Source: an uncultured archaeon (GTDB lineage: Archaea > Asgardarchaeota > Thorarchaeia > Thorarchaeales > Thorarchaeaceae). From it: 64,000 nucleotides of DNA. A program made the position numbers and the translations under genes. The stretch spans positions 1 to 64,000 of the forward strand of contig CAYWJO010000002.1 of the NCBI GenBank assembly GCA_964458565.1. The letters run 5' to 3'. Shown piece after piece: positions 47,300 through 57,655 of the stretch (positions are counted from its first letter, which is position 1; the number at the start of each line of letters is the position of its first letter). Below the pieces are notes generated by a model. That model worked only from the letters and a program-made list of their open reading frames with translations. It had not been told where the DNA came from and searched no databases.

Positions 47300-48532
47300 C
47301 TAGGAACCCTCCGCCCAATCACTATACTTCTTCACGTCTTCCGGTGACGTTGCTGGTCTAATGTTATCAATGGCGTCTAGAAAATCCTTTCGTGAAACGG
47401 TTCTAAGATCCAGAATCTCGGTGTCATCATCCATTCTTCCGGTGCTTTCAAGTTCTCTAATTGGTTCCATAGCTGCTTCCCGACATACTATACTTAGATC
47501 TCGACCGCTGTATCCTTCTGTTAGCATAGCCATCTCATTAAAATCAACATCAGGCGCGATATCAACACCCTCAATATGTATCTCAAAAATCCGTCTTCTA
47601 GCAATCTTGTCAGGAAGTGGAACATGAATGCGTTTCTCAAAGCGGGAACGTAGAGCAAAATCAATCTCCCATGGTAAATTCGTCGCACCAATGAGAGTGA
47701 TTCTTTCATCTGCTTCACTAGCTAACCCTTGAAGCTCCGTCAACAGTTGTGTCTTTAATCTACGTTCTCCACCAACATCGTCTCCAGACCTCGCTACCCC
47801 AATTGAGTCCAGTTCATCAATAAATATAATCGCAGGCTGCATGCTTCGCGCTCGTTCAAATAGCATCTTGACAAGTTTCTCCGATTCTCCCAACCACTTA
47901 CTTACAATATTTGCTGCTGAAACATTGAAGAATGTTGCACTCACTTCTGCAGCAACCGCACGAGCTATCAACGTTTTCCCGCATCCTGCAGGTCCATAAA
48001 GTAGGATTCCTTTCCATGGTTGTCTTGCTTTACCTCTGAACAACTCAGGGTGTTTCATTGGGGCTACGATTGCCTCTGTGATTGCTTGTTTTGCCTTCTC
48101 AAGTCCTGCTACATCTGCCATACTTCCATGTGGTGTTTCAGTAATGATGGTGTCTGCAATCATATCTCCAAGTCTTTTTCCATCCTCATCATCAGTAGAG
48201 GGGACCGGTCTATCTGACTCAGAGGTTCTTGTATCTTCAACAATTGTTGTTGGGAGTGTGCTTATCCCATCTATTGGCCCTCTTGATTTCTTTTTAATTC
48301 CTGACAGATATCTGACTCTATCAACACATTCCTGAGCTCTATCCAAGTAGTGTTTCCGAACAGAACGTAATGTTGCTGCGTTAGAGAGCTTAATCAATAT
48401 CTTACTCGCTTGCAAGTATTGTCTTGCAGCTTCCTTTTTCATTCCCCTTCTGTCTAGATCGATGGCTTTCTCAAGGAGTTTCCTGAGTCCTTCATCGAGT
48501 CTATTACTACCTGAATCTGACATTTTCTTCAC
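47300..48532 (-). CDS. vps4: Vps4 AAA+ ATPase with MIT domain
   Basis: KAIDLD...YLDRAQE MIT domain; DVAGLEKAK; PWKGILLYGPAGCGKT; SKWLGESEKLV; IFIDELD; RFEKRIHVPLP. Confidence 0.95.
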   Translation of the reverse strand: MKKMSDSGSNRLDEGLRKLLEKAIDLDRRGMKKEAARQYLQASKILIKLSNAATLRSVRKHYLDRAQECVDRVRYLSGIKKKSRGPIDGISTLPTTIVEDTRTSESDRPVPSTDDEDGKRLGDMIADTIITETPHGSMADVAGLEKAKQAITEAIVAPMKHPELFRGKARQPWKGILLYGPAGCGKTLIARAVAAEVSATFFNVSAANIVSKWLGESEKLVKMLFERARSMQPAIIFIDELDSIGVARSGDDVGGERRLKTQLLTELQGLASEADERITLIGATNLPWEIDFALRSRFEKRIHVPLPDKIARRRIFEIHIEGVDIAPDVDFNEMAMLTEGYSGRDLSIVCREAAMEPIRELESTGRMDDDTEILDLRTVSRKDFLDAIDNIRPATSPEDVKKYSDWAEGS

Positions 48533-48662
48533 TTCTTCTTAGGATTGTTCTGTTATGAATCAATGTGTATTACTCTGCCATTACCTTTAACGTTACGAAG
48601 GTTTAAACGATGTTTTCTCATGTCTTGTTTGAGGATAAAATTTCTCTGTGCGGTGAATCCTT

Positions 48663-49271
48663 TTGGGTACATTCAAAAAAGCATGGTCTTGGGGTCGTAA
48701 AAAACCCGACATATCTGAGGTTTCTAGTCAATTACGTATTCTAATAAAACAGTTAGAACGTCAGAGAAATAAATTGGAAAAAGAGGAACGTGACACGAAA
48801 GCTCGTGCTATTCGTGCGCGACAAGCAGGTCAGAATGAAGCATATGTGACCTATGCAACTGAAATGGTTCGATTTCGTCGCTATGTTCTTTCAATCGATA
48901 AATCCCGCTTACAGATGTTGAAGATTTTGGCTCATCTAACCCGGGCACAGACAACTGCTAAAGCAGCGAAAGCTATGGAAGATGTTGCTAAAATCCTTGG
49001 AATGCTTGGGGACTCCATGGATGCCTCAAAGGTCATAGAGAATGCTGATGAAATTGCTCGTCAAGTTCAAGAGTTCGAAATCGAATCTGGTATTGCTGAT
49101 GATGCATTCGATTCTGCTATGCCTGAGATTTCTAGTGAAGACATCGCTGAGGCTATGGCTGAAATCGACGCTGAAGTTGGTGGTAAAGCAACTGTTGGAA
49201 AACGTCCGGCGACTGAAGCGGAAGCATTAGAGGATGACATTAAAGCATTGGAACGAGAGCTAGGTGTGTAA
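48663..49271 (+). CDS. ESCRT-III subunit, Vps2/24/46 (CHMP1-3-like) class
   Basis: N-terminal amphipathic MGTFKKAWSWG; basic helical hairpin KQLERQRNKLEKEE...AGQNEAYVTYATEMVR; acidic C-half; MIM1-like tail LEDDIKALEREL. Confidence 0.9.
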   Translation: MGTFKKAWSWGRKKPDISEVSSQLRILIKQLERQRNKLEKEERDTKARAIRARQAGQNEAYVTYATEMVRFRRYVLSIDKSRLQMLKILAHLTRAQTTAKAAKAMEDVAKILGMLGDSMDASKVIENADEIARQVQEFEIESGIADDAFDSAMPEISSEDIAEAMAEIDAEVGGKATVGKRPATEAEALEDDIKALERELGV

Positions 49272-49275
49272 CGCT

Positions 49276-50835
49276 CTATAGATCATATCTTCTTTCTGCA
49301 GAGTGTCTCTCAATTTCTCGACGTGCATAATATGAATCTCGCATCAGGCTACGATATCTTCTGATAAAATCTTCAGGAACGATTCTTCCAGCTCTCAACA
49401 TATGAATAGTTTCCCGAATTGCGTCATCAAGCGCTCTTGCATCTCTTCTCATATTATCAAGATTTGGTCTTGTTTGACGCTCGTAATATTGTGGCGGTGT
49501 TCTCTGGCCTATTAGTTGTTCCAAATGGTCGCTGAACCGTTGCTGACTACCATAGTTTTGTGAATATCCAACTTGACGGTCTCTTGACCATTGATCAGTC
49601 TGCGGTTGCGGATAATATCTCGAAGTATCTTGTGCATAACGAGGTCCTGTCATTTTGGAATTCAGTATTGAATATACAATTCCCTCAATTCTTAGTCGAA
49701 TATCGCTGATGTTGGTGTCGGTCTGTTCTAACTTTCTCACACGCTGCATGTCAGTCTGAACATATCGTTCAAATCTACGTGCGATTTCAATGTAGTCTGG
49801 AAGAACTCTTTTCGTTTGATCACTGCAGATAATTTTAAGATCTCCCTGTTTCAACTTCAAAACCAATCGTTTTCGAAGTCGACCATCTTCTTGTATATCT
49901 TTCAGATACAGAAGTGGAAAATCAAAAACGATGTCAGTTTTTTTCCTTACCAACCCCGTTTCAGCAACGAAAATCATTCTTTTATTTGTGATAAAGAGAC
50001 TTCCTGTAGCTTTGTCATTCTTGATAAAATCGCTTCCTGCAAGAGTTATTGGTGAGAACGCGCTCACAGGTAGTTCATTGACTGAAAGTTCAGAGTATTC
50101 GTAAAAGGGTGAGAATTTATCTCTATAATACTTCAACCCATCTAGTTGTTTCTTTACGTCATCCATAGTCAATCGTGCTTGAACCAACGTTTCTTCCACA
50201 AGAGCTCGGTAGCTTATTCCAAGTTCAGTAATTCGATTAACAACTCCTTCAATAAAGGGAAATTGAGATGGACTCCAAGAAGACTGATCAATCAATCCTT
50301 TAGTTTCTGCAACCATCTGTTTAGCTACAATCTCGGCGTGATTTCCAATTCGCTTCTTTATCGCTGGGAATTCAGCATGTATTTCTTCAATTCTCTCTTC
50401 CAACCACTTGTAATGAAGGAAATTAGCCATCCTTAGAGATACCAATAATCTCTTTCCAGCGACCATTCGATTTGTGAATTCCTTAAGTTTCGTGTGTCCA
50501 TATTGCAGGCTCATTATCGCACTACGCATATCATGAGCTAACTCTCTTTGCTTCTCTGATATGTGTACGATTCTACTTGAATGACAGTGAGGGCAAACCT
50601 CCATTGTCCTCTTACCAATCCCAAGGTTCTCAGAGTCGCACTCGGGACATTTCAAGGGATTTTCACCTGGCAATGGGACTCCAAGATTGTGCTGGCAATC
50701 TTTGCACATTCGGTATTCTCTAACTCTCTGTTCCAAACATGCTGAGCAAATTGTAGTTCCGCAGTCCTCACACATATGAGTTGCAGACTGATTCTCACAT
50801 TCCTTGCATGTTAGGTTTGAGGAATCTGCGGTCAT
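49276..50835 (-). CDS. B-box/zinc-finger, helical, PH(GRAM/GLUE-like) and Vps23 steadiness-box protein (ESCRT-I-related)
   Basis: CKEC...CEDC...ICSAC plus three more CxxC; GSLFITNKRMIF; C-terminal LDDAIRETIHMLRAGRIVPEDFIRRYRSLMRDSY. Confidence 0.78.
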   Translation of the reverse strand: MTADSSNLTCKECENQSATHMCEDCGTTICSACLEQRVREYRMCKDCQHNLGVPLPGENPLKCPECDSENLGIGKRTMEVCPHCHSSRIVHISEKQRELAHDMRSAIMSLQYGHTKLKEFTNRMVAGKRLLVSLRMANFLHYKWLEERIEEIHAEFPAIKKRIGNHAEIVAKQMVAETKGLIDQSSWSPSQFPFIEGVVNRITELGISYRALVEETLVQARLTMDDVKKQLDGLKYYRDKFSPFYEYSELSVNELPVSAFSPITLAGSDFIKNDKATGSLFITNKRMIFVAETGLVRKKTDIVFDFPLLYLKDIQEDGRLRKRLVLKLKQGDLKIICSDQTKRVLPDYIEIARRFERYVQTDMQRVRKLEQTDTNISDIRLRIEGIVYSILNSKMTGPRYAQDTSRYYPQPQTDQWSRDRQVGYSQNYGSQQRFSDHLEQLIGQRTPPQYYERQTRPNLDNMRRDARALDDAIRETIHMLRAGRIVPEDFIRRYRSLMRDSYYARREIERHSAERRYDL

Positions 50836-51148
50836 CTAGTTTCCACCTTCTATTCTATCATCAATATGTCAGCTGTAGTCAAGAATAATCCATGTATTAC
50901 GTTGGGAACATTCATGATGCATACGATTTCTGGCAATTGCTAAATTCAATGGGATTGTATCCAAACTTTCAGGAGCGATGACTCACTTTTTGTTGGGATA
51001 TATTTAGCACTCGAAATTAACAACTCAAATTGACGAGGTTGAGGCCTTTGAAGAGAGAGTAGCAGGTTGCTAATATGCAAGAAAAAGCATTTATGTTGAT
51101 ACAGATTCGAAATCTACTGTTTCATTATTGTAAGGTGGGAGAATAATA

Positions 51149-52396
51149 TTGATAAAATTGAAGAAGCGTCTTGTTCTGAGTCCTGTATTTGCCCTTGCGG
51201 TCCTGATATCCATGCTGTTTTTTTGTCCTGTTTCTTCGGTGAAAGTTGATACTTCAACTACATATATTGATAGACTTGATTACTGGCCAACAAATGGATG
51301 GTTCACCTCAACACCTGAAGCACAGAGTATGAATTCAACGCATCTCGAACAGATGAGGGACTTTGTACTTGATAGGGATTGGACCTTTGATTCAATTTTA
51401 GTGATTAGGAACGGCTACATGGTCTTTGAGTTTTATCCAAATCCCGAGTATAATGTGACAACAGTCCATGATTTAGGGTCTGCTGCCAAGAGTATTACTG
51501 GTGCCATTATAGGAGTAGCTCTTGAAAATGGGGATTTTACAAACCTGAATAATACAGTAGTAAGCTTATTCCCGGATAGAATCATTGCTAATCTTGATGT
51601 GGATAAAGAAACAATGACTGTGGAACATCTCCTAACTATGTCATCAGGACTAGATTGGATTGAAGACGGTGATGATTCCGATCTAGCAGCCCTGTTTGAG
51701 CCTATCGATTTTGTTCAATATATCTTGGACAAACCAATGGCACACCCACCCGGTACATATCATTTCTATAGTAGTGCTGATTCACATCTTTTATCCTCAA
51801 TAATTAATGAAACAACGGGCATGTCCGCACTTGAGTACGGCTTTCAAAATCTCTTTCACCCTCTTGGGATTACAGATGTTGAGTGGTGGACTGATTCACA
51901 AGGAGTTTCTATTGGTGCAGGATGGCTCAATATGACACCTCGGGATATGGCGAAGATTGGGTATCTATACCTTCACAATGGTTCTTGGGATGGACAACAA
52001 ATCATTCCATCATCATATATTGAGTCGTCTATAGAGCCACATTTTTGGGACCCCTCTCATAATCTTCACTATGGCTATCAGCTGTGGGTCGATTCCACCT
52101 TGGATGCATTTGAAGCAAGAGGTGCCTTTGCCCAAAGAATTTGGGTGCAACCCAAGAATGATTTAGTTGTAGTTTTCACCGGTCCTGGTTATAACAAATA
52201 CTTGAACTCATCTCGCACAATGACTGGTTCGCCTGAGATTTTAATTAACGGGTTTATTCTACCTGCTCTTCTCTCTGAAACAACAACTACTCCTACGCCA
52301 GAATCATTTCCGATAAGTCTAACAACAATTGGTCTTCTAGCAGGTGCAGCAGTTCTTGTTGTGATAGTCCTTGAGATTTTCAGACGCCGTAGATAA
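51149..52396 (+). CDS. Membrane-anchored serine hydrolase (beta-lactamase/AmpC-like family)
   Basis: SAAK (SxxK), HLLTMSSG, FYSS and RDMAKIG motifs; signal peptide; C-terminal TM plus RRRR. Confidence 0.9.
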   Translation: MIKLKKRLVLSPVFALAVLISMLFFCPVSSVKVDTSTTYIDRLDYWPTNGWFTSTPEAQSMNSTHLEQMRDFVLDRDWTFDSILVIRNGYMVFEFYPNPEYNVTTVHDLGSAAKSITGAIIGVALENGDFTNLNNTVVSLFPDRIIANLDVDKETMTVEHLLTMSSGLDWIEDGDDSDLAALFEPIDFVQYILDKPMAHPPGTYHFYSSADSHLLSSIINETTGMSALEYGFQNLFHPLGITDVEWWTDSQGVSIGAGWLNMTPRDMAKIGYLYLHNGSWDGQQIIPSSYIESSIEPHFWDPSHNLHYGYQLWVDSTLDAFEARGAFAQRIWVQPKNDLVVVFTGPGYNKYLNSSRTMTGSPEILINGFILPALLSETTTTPTPESFPISLTTIGLLAGAAVLVVIVLEIFRRRR

Positions 52397-52640
52397 CCGG
52401 AAAATGGCTTCAAGAAATGGTTTGTAATTTGATTCTCATATTCTTTGGATCAGAATTAGATGAAACCCTAGACCTAGAATACGAAACTCTCATTATTTCC
52501 TAGTTTGTAGACCTAGGGTATGAATATTCCGTGGGTTGCTCTGTGAATATTGGACCCTGCATTATGAATACCAAATTTCGAAAATACCTAGTCCAAAGGG
52601 ATTATATCTGAAGTGAAAACTCTTGCTTTAGGCGATATCC

Positions 52641-54026
52641 ATGGAGGATTTAGCAGAAGCTGCAATTAATGCGGGACTTGATGCGGGTGCATCATTTGTA
52701 GATATCCGGATTGAGAACACCGTCACAACCATTCTCGAAATGACTGATGGTGTTACAAAGAGATCAATGGCATCACGTTTGAAAGGTGCAGGAATTCGTG
52801 CGTTTGTTGATGGTGCTTGGGCTTTTGCGCAAAACACTGACTTAACACTTGATGGTATGCGCGAAGTAGGGACATCGGTAGCAAAGCTTGCAATAGCGAC
52901 TCGAGAAAAGGTCTCCGAAAAGTTTGAGATTGAGGGACCTGTTTTCACGGCTAAGGAAAAGATGGTTGTGAAAAAACCATTCCAAGATGTGTCAATTGAT
53001 GACAAGATAAGTTTCGTCAAACAAATTGACAAACAAGCACGCGAATACGATGAGCGTGTAGTAAACACTCGGACTGTATACGGAGATCTTTGGACTGAGC
53101 TCTTTGTTGTTAATTCATTAGGTACGAGCATTTACCATGAGAATTATCTCCCCCGGATAATTTCAGTTGTGACTGCTAGAGAGGGCAACAATCGCCAGAG
53201 AGGATTTCTATCCATCGGGGCACAAGGTGGTTTCGAAGAGATGGAGAAAGAAAGACCTCAGAATCTTGGAACCGAAGCGTCAAAACTAGCTATAGATCTA
53301 CTATCATCAAAGGCAGCTGAAGGTGGAGTTTACGATGTTGTAATGGATCCCATCTTAAATGGTGTTATGGTGCATGAGGCTTTTGGTCATGCAGCTGAAG
53401 CTGATAACTGGCCAGCACACGCTACAGTTCTCGAGGACAAGGTAGGCGAATGTGTCGGTCCTGACAATCTGAATCTCAGCGATGATCCAACGATGCCTAG
53501 GGAACGTGGGTCGTTTAGCTATGATTGGGAAGGCACAAAGACAAGGAAGCGTCATTTGGTTAAGGGTGGAATTTTAACAGAACTCCTCCATAGTCTTGAA
53601 ACAGCATCTCGTCTTGATATGGAACCCAATGGTGCTGCAAGAGCCCAGAGTTTCATGTATCCACCTCTACCCAGAATGAGTAACACCTTCATGGAACCAG
53701 GTGATTGGGACAAAGACGAGCTCATCGTTGACACAAAGAATGGGATACTTCTGTGTGGTTTCAATTATGGTTACACAGAACCAGCAAAGGGGCAATTCAT
53801 GTTCCAAGCCAATTATGGGTACATGATTCAAAATGGGGAGATTGGGCAAATGGTTCGGGATGTTTCACTCGCAGGACAAATTCTTGAGGTTCTACCCAAA
53901 ATTGATGCAATTGCTAATGACTTTGAGCTCGATAGCGGAACGTGTGGTAAAGGTGGCCAAGGAGTACCTGACATGACCGGAGGTCCACACGCTCGAATTA
54001 TTCAAGTTCCTGTAGGAGGAATGTAG
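52641..54026 (+). CDS. tldD: TldD metalloprotease subunit
   Basis: HEAFGHAAEAD; YDWEG; PRMSNT; CGKGGQ. Confidence 0.95.
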   Translation: MEDLAEAAINAGLDAGASFVDIRIENTVTTILEMTDGVTKRSMASRLKGAGIRAFVDGAWAFAQNTDLTLDGMREVGTSVAKLAIATREKVSEKFEIEGPVFTAKEKMVVKKPFQDVSIDDKISFVKQIDKQAREYDERVVNTRTVYGDLWTELFVVNSLGTSIYHENYLPRIISVVTAREGNNRQRGFLSIGAQGGFEEMEKERPQNLGTEASKLAIDLLSSKAAEGGVYDVVMDPILNGVMVHEAFGHAAEADNWPAHATVLEDKVGECVGPDNLNLSDDPTMPRERGSFSYDWEGTKTRKRHLVKGGILTELLHSLETASRLDMEPNGAARAQSFMYPPLPRMSNTFMEPGDWDKDELIVDTKNGILLCGFNYGYTEPAKGQFMFQANYGYMIQNGEIGQMVRDVSLAGQILEVLPKIDAIANDFELDSGTCGKGGQGVPDMTGGPHARIIQVPVGGM

Positions 54027-55376
54027 ATGAAGGAACAAATACTAGACATTGCGGATAATGCGGTTAAATTAGCTACCAAATTTGGTGCTGATCAAGCAGA
54101 AGCATACACATCATTCACTAGATCTTTTTCAATAGAGGTTGAGAACAATGCAATAAAATCCGCAACTGAGAAACGAGATGGAGGATGCGGCATTCGTGCC
54201 GTTGTTGGGAAGAAGATTGGTTTTGCATATGTGACTACATTGGAAGAGAATGATATCAAGGAGGCAGTCGAACAAGCTGTAGCTCTAGCGAACGCATCTG
54301 TAGCCGATCCTGATTTTGTTTCTCTGCCTTCCTATGAAGGATCGTATCCATCGGTTGAGGGGCTCTTTGACAAAGATGTCAAGGATTTAACATCAGAAGA
54401 AGCTGCTGATATTGTTGTTCGAGGAGTAGATTCTACTCTTGAGAACATAAAGAACATCAAAGTTGCTACAGAAGCTTTATTGACCTCTAATTCTGGAGTT
54501 CGCGCTATAGCTAACTCACTAGGGATTTCCCAGGCATCTGAGAGCACTTTGATTTTCATGTATAGCGCTCCCGCAATAAAAACTGATGATGACCAAACAA
54601 CTAGCTATGAATTTCAGATTTCACGTAGACTAGATGAGATTGATCCTGAATACATCGGATATAAAGCAGCACAGAATGTCCTTGGAAATCTTGGCGGCAA
54701 GTCCATTGAAGGAGGGGAATTACCTGTTATTTTCGCGCCTCTTGCTGCAAGTGGCATAATTGGTTTTGGTTTTGGTGGTGCTGTCAATGCTGAAGAAGTG
54801 CAGTATGGCCGATCTTACATTTCAGATGCCTTCGGAGACCAGATTGCAGGTGAAGTTCTTGAAATTACAGACGAAGGACTACTGACTGCTGGAATCTCGT
54901 CACGTCCATTTGACGCAGAAGGCTATCCTTCTCAAAGAACCGAGATTATCGGCTCAGGTGTGCTCAAGAATCTATTACATAACTCCTATACTGCAAATAA
55001 GGACAAAGTTGACAATACCGGAAATGCAAGCCGTCCTGGTTATTCAGGTCTTCCTTCAATTTCACCAAGCAATTTCGTAGTTACTCCCGGAAACGGCTCT
55101 TTGGATGACTTGGTTGATGAGGTCGGTCGTGGAATCGTGTGTCTCAACACTGGAGATCGACCAAACATGACGACAGGTGACTTGAGCGCGATGGTTATGG
55201 AGGGACATTACTTCGAGAATGGAGAAATCAAACATCCTGTGAAAAGCACACTTATCGGAATCAATATGCGTGATGTTCTCAAGAGAGTCACTCTTGTTGG
55301 ATCTGATGTAAAAGCAACATTCTCAATTATTAGTCCATCAATTGCTATAGATTCTGCTAAAATCACTTCTGGATAA
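54027..55376 (+). CDS. pmbA: PmbA/TldE subunit
   Basis: GADQAE, GIRA, FDAEG, NTGNA and TGDLS motifs; no HExxH; abuts tldD. Confidence 0.93.
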   Translation: MKEQILDIADNAVKLATKFGADQAEAYTSFTRSFSIEVENNAIKSATEKRDGGCGIRAVVGKKIGFAYVTTLEENDIKEAVEQAVALANASVADPDFVSLPSYEGSYPSVEGLFDKDVKDLTSEEAADIVVRGVDSTLENIKNIKVATEALLTSNSGVRAIANSLGISQASESTLIFMYSAPAIKTDDDQTTSYEFQISRRLDEIDPEYIGYKAAQNVLGNLGGKSIEGGELPVIFAPLAASGIIGFGFGGAVNAEEVQYGRSYISDAFGDQIAGEVLEITDEGLLTAGISSRPFDAEGYPSQRTEIIGSGVLKNLLHNSYTANKDKVDNTGNASRPGYSGLPSISPSNFVVTPGNGSLDDLVDEVGRGIVCLNTGDRPNMTTGDLSAMVMEGHYFENGEIKHPVKSTLIGINMRDVLKRVTLVGSDVKATFSIISPSIAIDSAKITSG

Positions 55377-55378
55377 GC

Positions 55379-57316
55379 TTACATTCGCTCAATTGCTGGA
55401 ATTCCTAGTAATTTGAGACAATTGCCTAGGGTCGTCTTGAAGCTCTCTACAAGTGCTAATCTAGCATTCATGAGTCCTTCCTCTGCCTTCAGTACTGGAT
55501 TCGAGTCATAGAACTTGCTATACAATGTTGATAGATTATAACAGTATGCGGCAATGTGATTCGATGCAAAGCTAGTTCCCCATGCATTCTTGGTGAGTCC
55601 TCTAACCACATCCAGAATCTCGTCAGGAAATCTTGACATTGCTTTTAATAGTTCAAATTCGGTGTCTGTAGTGAGAAGTTTCGAATCGGATTCATTTACG
55701 TCGATATGCGCTTTTTCTAGAATCCGTGAAGCTCTTGCATAGGCATATTGAAGATACGGCGCAGCATCGCCGTTGAAATCCAGGGCTTCTTCCCATCTAA
55801 ATGTGATTTTTCTATCGGGGGATGCTTTGAGAAGCATATATCTGACTGCACCCATGCCTACTTGTTCTGCAACTATTTCCTTGAATTCTTCACTCTCTTC
55901 CGGATTCCTTTTCGCTACCTCTTCTTTTGCTAGTTTCTTCGCTTTGTCTAAAACCTCATCACACGAATACTCAATCCATGTGCCTTTTCTGCCAGAGAAA
56001 TCTGCATCATCAAGTCCTACAAACTCATAGGCTATATGATGTGAATTCATACTCTCTTTCTGATGTCCTAACAATTCCAAGATGGTGTAGATTAATTTTT
56101 GAGGATGTGCTTGTCGTGATGCTATGACATTGAATACGACATCCATTTTTCCTAAATCCATGTCATCTCCATGAAGTGTTGACCTATAGATGTCCTTGCC
56201 ATTGGGTTGAGTTTCAAACAGCTCATACTTGAAAGGATCATCAATTAATCCAAATTTCCACATTTGGAAAGCTACATCTGCTCCTGTGTAAGTTCGTGTA
56301 CCATCCGACCTGAAGAGAACTTTGTTAGGTTCTTTCATATCTTTGAATTCTTCAAGTGTATCGAGTTTAGCTACAATGCACCCTGCTTTTTCACCTTCTT
56401 CCACTCTAATGATGTTTTCAGCTTGAAGCATTCTCTCTTTGGCAATCCCAAGTAATCCACTATGCGCAATGACACTTTCCCAAATATGATAGTCATGATA
56501 AATTCCTAATCGGTACGCTGTTTGATTTTGAGCCTTAACACATTGAGATACCATCTCGCTGCTGAATTTGGCTTCGTCCGAATTCAGGTCTTCTAATCTC
56601 CTTGTGACTTCTCTGATTTCAGCTTCAACAATCTTGTCCTTCTCAAATGCATCTTGAACTCCAACATACTCATGACCTAGATAATGGTCGTATTTTATCT
56701 CTCCTTTCTCATCTGCCCTTTTCATCAATTTCCATGCAAGCTGAGCAATTTGAAGTCCAAGATCATTGATGTAATCGATTCTTGTTACATCATAGCCTAC
56801 ACATTCTAAAATGGTTGATAGGGTGTCACCAATTACTGCATTTCTTGTATGCCCGATATGCCATGGTTTCGAGGGATTTACAGCTGGATATTCAATCATG
56901 GCTTTCTTCCCATGATAGTTGTTTGTTTTTCCATAATCTACTCCAAGTTCTGTAATGGTATTGATGACAAGCTCAGCGAATGCTGATCTGTCAAGAAAGA
57001 TATTCACATAAGGTCCCTTATTATCAACTCTATCGAGTATTGATTCATTCTCGATAACAGATTGCAGTTTCTCAACCAATTCGGAAGCAATGATGGTGGG
57101 ATTTTTCTTCAGAATTTTAGCCTGATGAAACGCCACAGTAGTAGCAAGGTCTCCAAGTGCTGAATCCGGAGGAACCTCAACAAGGCCCTCAATAGTCTCA
57201 CTATCAATTGCTGTAGTGTCTGATAAAATACTGATTATCCTCTCATATACGAATTTCCAAGGATTCGTGATGATGGGCTTGTCTTTCAATGCTACATTCC
57301 TCTGTAATACATGCAT
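55379..57316 (-). CDS. argS: Arginyl-tRNA synthetase
   Basis: NPSKPWHIGH, YINDLG, RSDGTRTY, FSGRKG, PYLQYAYARA and ARLAL motifs. Confidence 0.97.
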   Translation of the reverse strand: MHVLQRNVALKDKPIITNPWKFVYERIISILSDTTAIDSETIEGLVEVPPDSALGDLATTVAFHQAKILKKNPTIIASELVEKLQSVIENESILDRVDNKGPYVNIFLDRSAFAELVINTITELGVDYGKTNNYHGKKAMIEYPAVNPSKPWHIGHTRNAVIGDTLSTILECVGYDVTRIDYINDLGLQIAQLAWKLMKRADEKGEIKYDHYLGHEYVGVQDAFEKDKIVEAEIREVTRRLEDLNSDEAKFSSEMVSQCVKAQNQTAYRLGIYHDYHIWESVIAHSGLLGIAKERMLQAENIIRVEEGEKAGCIVAKLDTLEEFKDMKEPNKVLFRSDGTRTYTGADVAFQMWKFGLIDDPFKYELFETQPNGKDIYRSTLHGDDMDLGKMDVVFNVIASRQAHPQKLIYTILELLGHQKESMNSHHIAYEFVGLDDADFSGRKGTWIEYSCDEVLDKAKKLAKEEVAKRNPEESEEFKEIVAEQVGMGAVRYMLLKASPDRKITFRWEEALDFNGDAAPYLQYAYARASRILEKAHIDVNESDSKLLTTDTEFELLKAMSRFPDEILDVVRGLTKNAWGTSFASNHIAAYCYNLSTLYSKFYDSNPVLKAEEGLMNARLALVESFKTTLGNCLKLLGIPAIERM

Positions 57317-57512
57317 ACCTCATAGCGACTGTTCATAAATCCCTCGCTGTGTGGTTATAGACGGTGATGTTTCACCTCTTATTCTATTAGAAAATATATT
57401 TTATATGGAAAAAACATGTTATCTAACAAAAGAATATCAAAAGAAATATTTCTTCAATTAATAATCGAATTAATTGCAATTCTGTGCAAACCCTTATTTA
57501 TGTTTATTGTCT

Positions 57513-57655
57513 GCGCAATAGAGAAGCCCGACCAATATGGCAAGGTTTCGTCTCTTGCGCCCCAAGACCCCCCGTTCTCTCTTCACGCCGAAAGAGAGAG
57601 TCAGCAAAGGTACTAAGATAGCTCGAACCGCTTTCACGACTGACGGGTTCGTGAT
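57513..57655 (+). ncRNA. Candidate structured 5' leader or ncRNA upstream of tfb
   Basis: GC-rich island in an AT-rich spacer; stems GCGCAA/TTGCGC, GAGA/TCTC, CTCTCTT/AAGAGAG, GTCAG/CTGAC and TCACGA/TCGTGA; strand uncertain. Confidence 0.4.

Noticed and set aside
52641-55376. TldD/PmbA as part of a RiPP cluster
   Set aside because: No adjacent precursor, YcaO or transporter gene; the pair is a common housekeeping module
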